DNA from: Vulcanimicrobiota bacterium
GTDB taxonomy: Bacteria > Vulcanimicrobiota > Vulcanimicrobiia > Vulcanimicrobiales > Vulcanimicrobiaceae
Assembly: GCA_963733295.1 (NCBI GenBank)
Contig: CAVTCS010000003.1
Location: 256,001 to 320,000 of the forward strand
DNA length: 64,000 nucleotides
Direction of reading: 5' to 3'
Shown here: positions 1-9,729 of the stretch, in pieces
Layout: each line of letters starts with the position of its first letter
Numbering within the stretch: position 1 is the first letter of the stretch
Notes under the pieces: model-generated
What the model was told of the DNA's origin: nothing
Databases searched by the model: none
Seen by the model: the letters and a program-made list of their open reading frames with translations, nothing else
Position numbers and translations under genes: made by a program

Positions 1-363
1 CCCGACGTCGAATCGGTCGTGATCCTCGAGCGCGAGCCGCACCGCATGATTTCGCGCTGGAAAACGCTGGTCGAAGACGCGCCGATCGAATGGACCGAGG
101 AGGACCGTTTCGACGACGCGGCGCTACGCGTCGACTACAAGCTGATCGAAGGCGATCTCGATACCTTTGAAGGCAGCTGGACTTTCGAGGACGGCGACGG
201 CCGGACTCACGTAACGCTCGGCGTCGAGTTCGATTTCGGCGTACCGACGCTGGCCGAACTCATCGGCCCGACGCTCGCGCGCAAAGTTCGCGAAAACGCG
301 GAGATGATGCTCGCCGCGCTCAAGCGCGAAGCGGAATCCGCAGCCCGCGTTCCCGCGGAGTAG
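1..363 (+). CDS. SRPBCC/START (polyketide cyclase/Coq10-like) protein, 5' partial
   Basis: WTEED...EGDLDTFEGSWTF...V.LGVEFDFG pattern typical of SRPBCC ligand-binding domains; the frame runs off the window start. Confidence 0.75.
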   Translation, partial: PDVESVVILEREPHRMISRWKTLVEDAPIEWTEEDRFDDAALRVDYKLIEGDLDTFEGSWTFEDGDGRTHVTLGVEFDFGVPTLAELIGPTLARKVRENAEMMLAALKREAESAARVPAE

Positions 364-430
364 CCGCACTACCTAGAAGAAGCCGGGAGGCGTTCTCGAC
401 CAGCCGAGTTGAGCGTAGAATGAATCCCGG

Positions 431-1102
431 CTAGTTCGGTAGCGAGAAGGCGACGATTTGATTCGAGTGGGCGTCGTTGGTCCAGAAGCGCTCGCCGTCG
501 ACCGCGAGGGAAATCATCGCAAAGGGTGATTGCGCGACCGTGACCGGGATGGCGCCCGCGCTCTTGGGCTCGATGTAGGCGACCCGGGCGCCGCCGCGTT
601 CGCGTCCGAGCCACAACGAGAGATACAGGCGCGTTCCGGCCCAGCAGATCCCGAGGATCTGTTCGCCGATCGGTACGGTGCGCACCACACGATGCGTCGC
701 GTCGAGTTCGAGGACGCGTTTGTTATGGCGTTGGCTCAACCACAGACGCTCGCCGTCGAAAGCGAGAAACGATCCGGTATCGTCCGGACACGCGGCGGCG
801 TGCGTCTTGAAACCGTGGCCGGGAACGAAGCGACGGATGAAACGATTGTCCCCCTCGCCGTTCTCCGAGCAGATGAAGCGCAGTTCGTCGCCGATGACCG
901 TCGAGCCGACGGGACGGCCGGGCGCGCGGACCTCTTCGAACACTCGGCCTTGCTTGGGATCGAGTCCGTACACGCGCTCGGTATCCCAGGAACCGAGCCA
1001 TAAATGTTCGCCGTCGTGGGCCAGCGACTGAGGCGCCGGAGCGGGCGAAGGGAAGCGCACGAGCTGGGCAATTTCCGCAAGTTCCGATGAGGAAGTCAGC
1101 AT
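431..1102 (-). CDS. Hypothetical beta-propeller protein (glutaminyl cyclase/YncE-like)
   Basis: 223 aa ORF with repeated LA(H/F/V)DGE(H/R)(L/F)W blade-like motifs. Confidence 0.55.
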   Translation of the reverse strand: MLTSSSELAEIAQLVRFPSPAPAPQSLAHDGEHLWLGSWDTERVYGLDPKQGRVFEEVRAPGRPVGSTVIGDELRFICSENGEGDNRFIRRFVPGHGFKTHAAACPDDTGSFLAFDGERLWLSQRHNKRVLELDATHRVVRTVPIGEQILGICWAGTRLYLSLWLGRERGGARVAYIEPKSAGAIPVTVAQSPFAMISLAVDGERFWTNDAHSNQIVAFSLPN

Positions 1103-1155
1103 CGCCCGGCCTTCGCTTCGGGGTCTGTGGAGGACCTGGCGCGAAGCGGGGCCGG

Positions 1156-2262
1156 GTGAAGTTCGCCTTCGTCATTCACCCGACGTCGTTGGAAGACGTG
1201 GTCCGTTACGAGCCGGGCGCCGTCGGTAAGGGGCGCCCGCTGATCGAGAAAATCATGGAGTGGATGCCCGCATACGCGGCCGCCCACGTTACCGGAATTA
1301 CGGCGCCCGACGGCCGGACCACCGAAGGCTGGTTCGTCGCCGCGAACTTCATGCCCGAACAAATGCTCTCGCTGCCGCGCGAACGCGTCCTGGGCAAGAT
1401 TCTCGACGCGGTCGAGATCGGTGCGCAGCTCGGGGCGGAGGTCGCGGGACTCGGCGCTTTCACCGGCGTCGTCGGCGACGGCGGGGTGACGGTCGCAGGG
1501 CGCTCGCGCATTCCGGTGACGACGGGAAACTCGCTCACCATTTCAGCCGGAGTCCGCAGTTTCTTCCGGGGTGCGCAGGAGATGGAAATCGATCTCGCAC
1601 GCGCGACGGCGGTCGTCGTCGGGGCCACCGGTTCGATCGGGTCCGCCTGCGTTCGTTTGATCGGTCCGCACGTTGCCCAGCTGGTTCTCGTCGCGCGCAA
1701 CGCCACCAGGCTCCAGCGTCTCGCCGAAGCGCTCTCGGAGGAGTTGACCTGCGGCATCTCGATCTCGACCGACGTTCCGAGCGCGGTTCGGCGCGGTCAG
1801 CTCGTGCTGACCGCGACGACCTCGACGCAAGAGCTGATCGAGCCGGCGGATCTCCGCATCGGCTCGGTTGTCTGCGAGCTCTCGCTGCCGCACGACGTCG
1901 GACGGCGCGTCGCGCTGGAGCGTCCCGACGTGCTCGTCGTCGAGGGAGGGCACATGAAGGTGCCGGGTGCGGTCCGATTCGAGCGCGTCCGCGAGCCCGG
2001 CACTGATTTCGACTTCGGCTTGCCGCCCGGCACGGCGCTGGCCTGCATGTCGGAGACGATGGTTCTCGCGCTCGAGGAGCGACGCGAAAGTTTCACGCTG
2101 GGACGCGGCATCGAGTTGGCGAAAGTGCGCGAGATGGACGAGTTGGCGATGCGAGCCGGCTTTACGCTGGCGGGAATGCGCGCCTTCGATCGCGCGATCG
2201 TTCCGGAGCGGATCGAGGCGATCCGAGCCGCCGCGCGCGGCCGCGCCATGGCAGCGCGCTAG
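1156..2262 (+). CDS. COG5322 NAD(P)-dependent dehydrogenase, homologous to fatty acyl-ACP reductase
   Basis: FAFVIHP N-terminus, GLGAFT, TTGNSLT, Rossmann VVGATGSIG, LACMSETM cysteine motif; GTG start at 1156. Confidence 0.75.
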   Translation: MKFAFVIHPTSLEDVVRYEPGAVGKGRPLIEKIMEWMPAYAAAHVTGITAPDGRTTEGWFVAANFMPEQMLSLPRERVLGKILDAVEIGAQLGAEVAGLGAFTGVVGDGGVTVAGRSRIPVTTGNSLTISAGVRSFFRGAQEMEIDLARATAVVVGATGSIGSACVRLIGPHVAQLVLVARNATRLQRLAEALSEELTCGISISTDVPSAVRRGQLVLTATTSTQELIEPADLRIGSVVCELSLPHDVGRRVALERPDVLVVEGGHMKVPGAVRFERVREPGTDFDFGLPPGTALACMSETMVLALEERRESFTLGRGIELAKVREMDELAMRAGFTLAGMRAFDRAIVPERIEAIRAAARGRAMAAR

Positions 2263-2264
2263 CC

Positions 2265-2729
2265 GTGCCGCGCGTGCATTCGTACCGCGCCAACGTCGTG
2301 TGGACGGGCGCCGCCCGCGGCCCGACGAAGACGTACGCCGGATATTCGCGCGACTACACGATCTTTTTCGATGGAAAGCCGGTGCTTGCGGGCTCCGCCG
2401 ATCCCGCTTTCCGCGGCACCGGTGCGCGCTACAATCCCGAGGAATTGCTGCTGGCCTCGCTTGCCGCGTGTCACATGCTTTCGTACCTGGCGCTCTGCGC
2501 GCGCGAAGGGATCGGCGTCGTCGCCTATCGCGACGAGGCGAGCGGCACGATGAGCGAAGAGGCCGGCGCCGGACGCTTCACCCTCGTCCGGCTCGCGCCG
2601 CAAGTGACCGTCGACGATCAGCGAGTCGAACGCGCGCTCGAACTTCACGATCGCGCGCGCGAGGAATGCTTCATCGCGAACTCGGTCAATTTCCCGGTCG
2701 AGCACGCGCCGCGCATCGAGCGTTCGTGA
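2265..2729 (+). CDS. OsmC/Ohr family protein
   Basis: GSADPAFRG, NPEELLLASLAACHMLSYL, CFIANSVNFPV with the two conserved Cys. Confidence 0.9.
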   Translation: MPRVHSYRANVVWTGAARGPTKTYAGYSRDYTIFFDGKPVLAGSADPAFRGTGARYNPEELLLASLAACHMLSYLALCAREGIGVVAYRDEASGTMSEEAGAGRFTLVRLAPQVTVDDQRVERALELHDRAREECFIANSVNFPVEHAPRIERS

Positions 2730-3643
2730 AGCGCATCGTCTCCGTTTCGCTGGGTTCGTCGTCGCGCGATCACCGTACCGAAATCGACCTGCTGGGAGAG
2801 CGGATCGCTCTCGAGCGCGTGGGCATGGACGGTTCGCTCGACCGTGCCTTGAAAAAAGTGGAGGAACTCGACGGTCGCGTCGACGCGATCGGTCTCGGCG
2901 GCATCGACGTCTACCTGTACGCCGGCAGCAAGCGCTTCGCGTTGCGCGACGGCTTGCGCTTGCTCGAGGCGGCGAAGGTCACGCCGGTCGTCGACGGCAG
3001 CGGTCTGAAGAATACGCTCGAACGGCACGCCGTGCGTTACTTGAGCGATGATCTCGGCATCTCGTTGTCCGGCGTACCCGTCTTGATGGTCAGCGCACTC
3101 GACCGTTTCGGGATGGCGCAGGCGCTCGTCGCCGCCGGCGCGGATGTCGTCTTCGGCGACTTCATCTTCGCCCTCGACTTGGACAAACCGGTGCGCGGTC
3201 TGGCCGAATTCGAGCAGCTGGCGGAACGCTACTTGCCCGACGCTTGCAAGTTACCGTTCCAATTCTTCTATCCGACCGGCAAGAAACAAGACCGACCGCC
3301 GCAACCGAAATATCCGGAATACTACGCCGCCGCCCAAATCGTCGCCGGCGACTTCCATTTCATGCGCCAGTTCATGCCCGATCGTTTGGACGGTAAGCTC
3401 GTCTTGACCAACACCGTGACCGCGCGCGACGTCGAAGAACTTCGCGAGCGCGGCGTCGCGCGGCTGGTCACGACGACGCCGGACTTCGGCGGCCGCTCCT
3501 TCGGCACGAATGTGGTCGAAGCTGCTTTGCTGGCTTTGCTCGGGAAACGCTGGAGCGACGTGACGGAAGATGACTACACGCGTTTGATAGCCGCGGCGAA
3601 GCTGCGGCCGCGCGTGCTCGAATTGAGCCACGCGCCGGCTTGA
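2726..3643 (+). CDS. Conserved hypothetical protein (family often auto-labelled 'quinate 5-dehydrogenase')
   Basis: KRIVSVSLGSSSRDH, DAIGLGGID, VDGSGLKNTLE, GRSFGTNVVEA; GTG overlaps the OsmC stop. Confidence 0.7.
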   Translation: MKRIVSVSLGSSSRDHRTEIDLLGERIALERVGMDGSLDRALKKVEELDGRVDAIGLGGIDVYLYAGSKRFALRDGLRLLEAAKVTPVVDGSGLKNTLERHAVRYLSDDLGISLSGVPVLMVSALDRFGMAQALVAAGADVVFGDFIFALDLDKPVRGLAEFEQLAERYLPDACKLPFQFFYPTGKKQDRPPQPKYPEYYAAAQIVAGDFHFMRQFMPDRLDGKLVLTNTVTARDVEELRERGVARLVTTTPDFGGRSFGTNVVEAALLALLGKRWSDVTEDDYTRLIAAAKLRPRVLELSHAPA

Positions 3644-5076
3644 ACCAAATCATCCGGCAACTTCTAGCGCGGCAGCCGTACGATCGGCTCGCGGTCTCGA
3701 AGGGCCCTGCGTTACGCCGGGCCTTGGGTTTGCCTGGTTTGATCGCGGTCGGGCTGGGCACGATGCTCGGCGGAATCTTCACCACGATCGGAGCCGGCAC
3801 GCTGGCGGCCGGTCCGGGCGTCGTCGTTTCGTTTCTGCTCTCGGGTCTCGCCTGCGTCTTCGTCTCGCTGTGTTACGCCGAGCTGGCGTCGATGGTGCCG
3901 ATCGCGGGGAGCGCGTATACGTACGCGTACGCGACGCTCGGTGAGTTGGTCGCCTGGATCATCGGCTGGGATCTCTTGCTCGAGTACGGGATCAGCGTCG
4001 CTCCGGTCGCCGCTTCCTGGTCGGGGTACGTGCAATCGTACTTGCAGGGCTTCGGAATCTCGGTGCCGGTTTGGGGGCAAGTCGCGCACCTCGTGACGGC
4101 CGGCGGCCGGATCGATTTCGTCCATTCGCAAGTCGATCTGCTCGCTATCGCGGTGGTTCTCTTCATTACGGCGCTGCTCGCGATCGGCATTCGCGAGTCG
4201 GCCTCCACGAATACCGTGCTCGTTCTGGTCCAAGTGTTTTCGATCGTCGTCTTCGTCGTCGCGCTCCTCGGCGCGATCCATCCCGCGAATTTCACGCCGC
4301 TCTTTCCGAGGGGACTGCACGGGGTCGTGACGGGCGCGGCGCTGGTCTTCTTCGCGTACATCGGTTTCGATACGGTAACCGTGGCCTCCGAGGAGGCCCA
4401 CCGTCCGCACACCGACGTGCCGCGCGCCGTGATCGGCTCCTTGCTCATCGGGGCGGTCCTCTACGTCGCGATCGCTTGGGTAACGGTGGGCGTCGTGCCC
4501 TGGCAGCACATCAACGAAGACGCCGGAATGAGCGACGCGGTGCGCCTCGGCGGTAACAACGCCTTCGTCAACAATATCTTGACGATCGGCGCGTTGGCGG
4601 GCACGACGACCGTCATGCTCACGTCGCTTCTCGGACAGGTCAGGATCTTCTACGTGATGGCGCGCGATCGGATGCTCCCGCCGTTCGTCGCCGGCGTGAA
4701 TTCGAGTACGCAAACGCCGCTGCTCACGACCGTGACGACCGGCATCGTCGTCTCGATCCTGGCGGGCATCGTGCCGCTGGGGGTGTTGCTCTCGCTCGTG
4801 AACATCGGCACGCTCTCGGCGTTCGCGATCGTATGCGGCGGCGTGCTCGTCTTGCGTTTCAAGGAGCCGGATGCGGTCCGGCCCTTCCGTGCACCGTTTT
4901 CTCCGGGCGTGCCGATCTGCGGCCTCGTGCTCTGTCTGTATCTGATGTTCGGCGGACTTTCGGGATCGACGTGGGTGCGCTTCATCGTGTGGTTCCTGGT
5001 CGGCATGGCGATCTATGCGTTGTACGGCTTCCGTCACTCGCTCTTGCGGCCGAAACCCGAAGGCGGCGCGACGTAG
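3640..5076 (+). CDS. APC family amino acid permease (cationic amino acid/YfnA-like)
   Basis: GLGTMLGGIF, YAELASMVPIAGSAYTY, FFAYIGFD, about 12 hydrophobic segments. Confidence 0.92.
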   Translation: MNQIIRQLLARQPYDRLAVSKGPALRRALGLPGLIAVGLGTMLGGIFTTIGAGTLAAGPGVVVSFLLSGLACVFVSLCYAELASMVPIAGSAYTYAYATLGELVAWIIGWDLLLEYGISVAPVAASWSGYVQSYLQGFGISVPVWGQVAHLVTAGGRIDFVHSQVDLLAIAVVLFITALLAIGIRESASTNTVLVLVQVFSIVVFVVALLGAIHPANFTPLFPRGLHGVVTGAALVFFAYIGFDTVTVASEEAHRPHTDVPRAVIGSLLIGAVLYVAIAWVTVGVVPWQHINEDAGMSDAVRLGGNNAFVNNILTIGALAGTTTVMLTSLLGQVRIFYVMARDRMLPPFVAGVNSSTQTPLLTTVTTGIVVSILAGIVPLGVLLSLVNIGTLSAFAIVCGGVLVLRFKEPDAVRPFRAPFSPGVPICGLVLCLYLMFGGLSGSTWVRFIVWFLVGMAIYALYGFRHSLLRPKPEGGAT

Positions 5077-5099
5077 CCCGAGATGCCCCGCCGCGCGCC

Positions 5100-6461
5100 A
5101 TGCCGCGCGTGCTCGGGCTGTTCGACATCTCGATTCTGGCCTCGGCGTCGATGGGGCCGGCCTACAGCCTCGCCTCCACGATGGGACCGATGGTCGCGGT
5201 TGCGGGCGATCACGCAACGCTGGCGCTCGCGCTCCTCGCGGCGATCATGCTCTGCATCGCGATCGCGTTCAGCCGCTTGTCGGCGCGCTTGCCGAACGCC
5301 GGCTCGTCGTTCACCTGGATCGGCGCCGCCTTCGGGCCGCTCGCAGGCGCGTACGGCGCGTGGCTCTTGCTGCTTTCCAACTATTTCGCAACGATGGCGA
5401 CCGCGCTGCCCGCCGGAATCTACACGCTCGATCTCGTCGCGCCGCGGCTCTCCGCCTCGCCGCTATGGGACGCGCTCGTCGGCGTCGTGTGGATCGCCGC
5501 GAGCGCCCTGCTGCTCGCCGTCGGCCTTCGGCCGACCGCCTTCGCGACCGCGCTCTTCTTGCTTGCGGAACTTGCGGTGATCGCCGCGACGGCGCTTGCG
5601 GCGCTGTTCGTTCACCCCGTGCCCGAGTCCAGCGTGCTGCCTGCGGGATTTGCGCTGCCGGGTTGGAGCGGGATCTTGCCGGCGATGGTGCTCGGAATCT
5701 GGATGACCGACGGCTGGGAAGTCTCGGCCTCGGCTTCGGAAGAGACGACCGGGTCGAGCAAGACGCCGGGCCGCGGCGGGATCGTCGGCCTCGTTGCGAC
5801 CGTCGCGATTCTGCTCGCCGCGATGGCCGCGTATTTGCACGCCGGCAGCGTTGCCGGTTTCGCAGCGCACCAAAGCGACGCGCTGGCGTACGTCGCCGAC
5901 CGTTTGGGCGGCGGCTGGTGGCGCGTCGCGATCGTCGCCACCGTGCTCGTGTCGACCGCCGCGGCGCTTTGGACGACGCTCCTCTATCTTTCGCGGAGCG
6001 TCTTTGCGATGGGGCGCGACGGGGTTCTGCCGCGCGCGCTTGGCAGCCTCGATCGGCGCGGACTCCCAGTGAACGCGCTGTTCGCGGTGAGCTTCGCCGT
6101 TTCGCTTTTCACGCTGGTCACCGGCCTCTGGCCCACGGTGGTCGGCGCGCTCACGCTGATCCTGGACGGCACCTCGGTGTTTCTCGGTTTGCTGTTCTGC
6201 GCGTCGGCCTGCGCCGCGGTGCGCATGCTGGCCGGCCGGGCCGGAGGAGAGCCCGTGGTGAGCGCGGCGCTGATCCCGGCGTTCGGCGCGCTCGCGCTGC
6301 TGGCCGTCATCGGCTACACGGTGTTCGTTTCGGACCCGGTAACGCGCGGAATCGAACTCGGAGGTCTGGCGATTGGAATTCCGTTCATGCTGTGGCGCGG
6401 ACGCGGCGGCGGCCTCGTGCGCGAGGAAGCGCTCGCGCGGGAGGCGAGCGGTCTGGGTTAG
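5100..6461 (+). CDS. APC family amino acid/polyamine permease
   Basis: ASMGPAYSLA, PNAGSSFTW, GWEVSASASEE, SRSVFAMGRDGVLP; start approximate. Confidence 0.85.
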   Translation: MPRVLGLFDISILASASMGPAYSLASTMGPMVAVAGDHATLALALLAAIMLCIAIAFSRLSARLPNAGSSFTWIGAAFGPLAGAYGAWLLLLSNYFATMATALPAGIYTLDLVAPRLSASPLWDALVGVVWIAASALLLAVGLRPTAFATALFLLAELAVIAATALAALFVHPVPESSVLPAGFALPGWSGILPAMVLGIWMTDGWEVSASASEETTGSSKTPGRGGIVGLVATVAILLAAMAAYLHAGSVAGFAAHQSDALAYVADRLGGGWWRVAIVATVLVSTAAALWTTLLYLSRSVFAMGRDGVLPRALGSLDRRGLPVNALFAVSFAVSLFTLVTGLWPTVVGALTLILDGTSVFLGLLFCASACAAVRMLAGRAGGEPVVSAALIPAFGALALLAVIGYTVFVSDPVTRGIELGGLAIGIPFMLWRGRGGGLVREEALAREASGLG

Positions 6462-6596
6462 CGCGGTTCGCCGGTCTTTTCACGCAGTCTCGCCGCTCCC
6501 TCGGCTCGGGGCCCGCAGGAGGGCCCAGGCACATCTGCGGGGTTGCGCCCCCGTGGAAAAGGTAGTACGGCCCCTTCAGCACGAATGACCCGCGCT

Positions 6597-6625
6597 GACG
6601 TGAGCGGCCCGCTTGCGTCCTTTTT
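6597..6625 (+). terminator. Intrinsic terminator-like hairpin in the greA 5' leader
   Basis: GACGTGAGCG-gcc-CGCTTGCGTC stem (10 bp, 2 GU pairs) followed by CTTTTT, about 30 nt before the greA start. Confidence 0.5.
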
Positions 6626-6653
6626 GCTACCTGGAGACGGGACGGAATCACGC

Positions 6654-7160
6654 GTGAACGACAAAGAGACCGTACTTACGAAAGAAGGGCTCGCGAAGCT
6701 CGAGGACGAGCTCGACGAGCTCAAGTCCATTCACCGCCGGGAAGTCAACGACCGGATTCGGCAGGCTAAAGAGTTCGGCGACATCTCTGAGAACGCCGAG
6801 TACGAAGACGCCAAACAGGAACAGGCTTTCGTGGAAGGCCGCATCCTGAAAGTCGAAACGATGATTCGCAACGCGCGCATCATCGACGAGTCTGAGTTCT
6901 CGAGCGACGAAGTACATCTCGGCGCGACCGTAAGAGTGAAGGACACGAAGAGCGGTTCGAGCATGGAGTTCACGATCGTCGGCTCGACCGAGGCCGATCC
7001 CACCAACCAGCGCCTCTCGAACGAGTCTCCGCTCGGCAAGGCTCTGATCGGCCGTAAGAAAGGCGAGACGCTCGACGTGCAGACGCCGCGTGGCGTCACC
7101 AGCTATAAGATCGAAGCGATCAACGGTAAGAAGAAGGCAGCCGCGAAAAAAGCGTCGTGA
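6654..7160 (+). CDS. greA: Transcription elongation factor GreA
   Basis: GDISENAEYEDAK, SNESPLGKALIG; greA-lysS synteny. Confidence 0.97.
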   Translation: MNDKETVLTKEGLAKLEDELDELKSIHRREVNDRIRQAKEFGDISENAEYEDAKQEQAFVEGRILKVETMIRNARIIDESEFSSDEVHLGATVRVKDTKSGSSMEFTIVGSTEADPTNQRLSNESPLGKALIGRKKGETLDVQTPRGVTSYKIEAINGKKKAAAKKAS

Positions 7161-8659
7161 CCGAGGATCTCGGCACGCGCGAAGCCGAGCTCCGGGCAGC
7201 CAGGCGGGCAAACCTCGAAGCGTTGCGCGAGCGAGGCGCCGATCCGTTCGCAACGACGCGCTTCGACGTCGACGCGCACGCCGCAGAACTCGCTTCGCGC
7301 TATGTCTCGCTGAGCGCAGAATCGCCGGCGCCCTCCGAGCGCTATCGCCTTGCGGGGCGCATCATGGCGCTCCGCAAGCAGGGCAAGAAAGTCTACTTTG
7401 CGGACCTGTGGGATCGCACCGGCAAGATTCAGCTCTACGTGCGCGAGGACGTCGTAGGCCCCGAGGGGTTCGCGCTGTTCGATCGCGTCGATTTGGGCGA
7501 CATCGTCGGAGTTGCGGGTTCGCTCTTCCGCACGAAGATGGGCGAACTGACGCTGCGCGCCGAGTCGCTGACCGTCCTCTCCAAAGCGCTGGCTCCGCTA
7601 CCGGATAAGTGGCATGGCTTGGTCGACGTCGAGAAGCGCTACCGGCAGCGGTACCTCGATTTGATCATGAACGAGCACGTGCGCGAGGTCTTCATTACGC
7701 GGAGCCGCGTCGTCGCCGAGATGCGCCGCTTCATCGACGCGCGCGGTTTTCTCGAAGTCGAAACGGCGACCTTGCTCAGCATCGCCGGCGGCGCCAATGC
7801 GCGACCGTTCCGCACCCACTCGAACGCCCTCGACATCCCGCTCGACCTGCGCATCGCAACGGAGCTGAATCTCAAGCGCTTGATCGTCGGCGGACTCGAA
7901 CGCGTCTACGAAATCGGCCGGATTTTTCGCAACGAAGGCATCGACACGACGCACAACCCGGAGTTCACGATGCTCGAACTCTACGCGGCGTACTGGTCGA
8001 TGAACGAGATGTTGCAATTCAACGAAGAGCTGATCGCTCATCTGGTCGCGACGATTCACGGGAAGGAAGAGCTTCCAGTCGGCCAACACCTGATTTCGTT
8101 CGCCCGGCCCTTCCGACGTATCACGTATCTCGAGGCGATGGAAACCTACGGCGGTTTGAAGCGCCAGGATCTGCTCGACCCGGCCGGCGCGGCGCGCACG
8201 CTCGAGCGCCTCGGGTTGCCCTCCTCGCCGACGCACGGACACGCGCTCGATAAGATCTTCGAGCGCGTGGTGGAGCCCCATCTGGTCGCGCCGACCTTCG
8301 TCTACGACTATCCGCTCGCGATCTCGCCGCTGTCGAAGCGTAAGCCCGGCGATCTCGAAATCGTGGAGCGCTACGAGTTGTTTGCAGCCAACTTCGAAGT
8401 AGCGAATGCGTTCACCGAACTGAACGATCCCGACGACCAGCGGGCGCGTTTCGAGGCGCAGATCGCGCTGCGCAAGCAAGGCGACGAAGAGGTTCCGGTG
8501 CCCGACTGGGATTTCGTCAACGCGCTCGAATACGGCATGCCGCCGACCGCCGGCATCGGCATCGGGGTCGACCGCCTCGTCATGCTGCTCACCGACAACG
8601 CGTCGGTCCGCGATGTGATCCTCTTTCCGCTGCAGCGGCCTCAGCAACACTCTTCGTAG
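7157..8659 (+). CDS. lysS: Lysine--tRNA ligase (class II)
   Basis: RYRQRYLDL, GGANARPF, FRNEGID..HNPEFTMLE, YGMPPTAGIGIGVDRL. Confidence 0.98.
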   Translation: MTEDLGTREAELRAARRANLEALRERGADPFATTRFDVDAHAAELASRYVSLSAESPAPSERYRLAGRIMALRKQGKKVYFADLWDRTGKIQLYVREDVVGPEGFALFDRVDLGDIVGVAGSLFRTKMGELTLRAESLTVLSKALAPLPDKWHGLVDVEKRYRQRYLDLIMNEHVREVFITRSRVVAEMRRFIDARGFLEVETATLLSIAGGANARPFRTHSNALDIPLDLRIATELNLKRLIVGGLERVYEIGRIFRNEGIDTTHNPEFTMLELYAAYWSMNEMLQFNEELIAHLVATIHGKEELPVGQHLISFARPFRRITYLEAMETYGGLKRQDLLDPAGAARTLERLGLPSSPTHGHALDKIFERVVEPHLVAPTFVYDYPLAISPLSKRKPGDLEIVERYELFAANFEVANAFTELNDPDDQRARFEAQIALRKQGDEEVPVPDWDFVNALEYGMPPTAGIGIGVDRLVMLLTDNASVRDVILFPLQRPQQHSS

Positions 8660-8668
8660 TGCGGTAGC

Positions 8669-9484
8669 TTGAAAGACGAAGACGGGCTCGCGACGTACCG
8701 TGCCGTCGTCGAATACGACGGCACGGACTTCTGCGGGTTTCAGTTTCAGCCCGAAATGCGGACGATAGCGGGAGAACTCGAGCGGGTTCTCTCGCGGCTT
8801 TTCGACCGTTCCGTCAAGGTTACGGCGGCTGGCCGAACCGACGCGGGCGTGCATGCGGTCGGACAGGTGATCTCGTTCGTGTCGCACGCTGCGTTTCCGG
8901 TCGAGAAACTCGGCATCGCGCTCAACAGCGCTTTGCCCTCCGACCTTTCGGCGCGCGACGCGGCGCGCGTTGAGGATGGGTTCTCGGCGCGCCTCTCGGC
9001 GCTCGAGCGGCACTACACCTACCTCGTCTTCAACCGGCGCGAACCCGCTGCGACGATGCGGCGCTGGTCGCACTTCGAGCACCGTACGCTCGACCTCGAC
9101 GCGATGCGCGAGGCCGCGCGCTATTTCATCGGCACCCACGACTTCGTGACGTTCTGCGGGATGCTGCCGGAACGGGGCGGCACGACCCGTACGCTCGCGA
9201 CGCTCGACATCGAGCGCGAGGGCGACCTCGTGCGCTTCGATTTTCGCGGCAAGGGATTCTTGCACCGGATGGTGCGCATCCTTACCGGCACGCTTCTGGA
9301 GATCGGGAGCGGCCGGCGCGCCGCCGGCGCAGCTCCGGCGATGCTCGCCGCGCGCGATCGGCGCGAGGCTGGACTCACCGCCCCGCCGCAAGGGCTCTTT
9401 CTGGTCGGCGTTCGCTATCCGGACTTTTCGTCGGAACCGCTGGCCGGTTTCACTTATCCTGGGTCCAGCGTCGCGGGCGCTTGA
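8669..9484 (+). CDS. truA: tRNA pseudouridine(38-40) synthase
   Basis: EYDGTDFCGFQ, AGRTDAGVHA, GFLHRMVR, TAPPQGLFL. Confidence 0.97.
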   Translation: MKDEDGLATYRAVVEYDGTDFCGFQFQPEMRTIAGELERVLSRLFDRSVKVTAAGRTDAGVHAVGQVISFVSHAAFPVEKLGIALNSALPSDLSARDAARVEDGFSARLSALERHYTYLVFNRREPAATMRRWSHFEHRTLDLDAMREAARYFIGTHDFVTFCGMLPERGGTTRTLATLDIEREGDLVRFDFRGKGFLHRMVRILTGTLLEIGSGRRAAGAAPAMLAARDRREAGLTAPPQGLFLVGVRYPDFSSEPLAGFTYPGSSVAGA

Positions 9485-9638
9485 CCAGCTCGCCTCCGCA
9501 GTTTTGGCAGATGCGCCCCAGCGCCCCCGCGCACGCCTCGCAGAACGTGCACTCGTGGCTGCAGATGAACGCGGGGCCATCGAGTTGCAACCCCGCCTCG
9601 TTGCAGCGTTCGCAGACGGTCCGCATCTCGAGGCTCAT
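9450..9638 (-). CDS. DUF1272 family small Cys-rich protein
   Basis: LEMRTVCERC...AFICSHECTFCEAC...CQNCGGELVKRPRR. Confidence 0.85.
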   Translation of the reverse strand: MSLEMRTVCERCNEAGLQLDGPAFICSHECTFCEACAGALGRICQNCGGELVKRPRRWTQDK

Positions 9639-9729
9639 GCTCCCCACCCTTGACCGTGCGCGCCAGGATTCCGCCCCGCTCTCGTGCCGGCCCCGCGATG
9701 CGGGGCGACGCCGGACTGGGTAAGCGAGC

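Noticed and set aside
1967..2725. N-terminal extension of the 558-aa ORF (also extensions on flhA, metF, greA, rplM and 14886-16757)
   Set aside because: They overlap upstream genes; real starts are downstream at coupled GTG/ATG codons
7598..9580. Long antisense ORFs (660 aa here; also 31437-33917, 26236-28083, 3712-5217)
   Set aside because: Shadow frames of well-supported genes in GC-rich DNA, with no recognisable motifs
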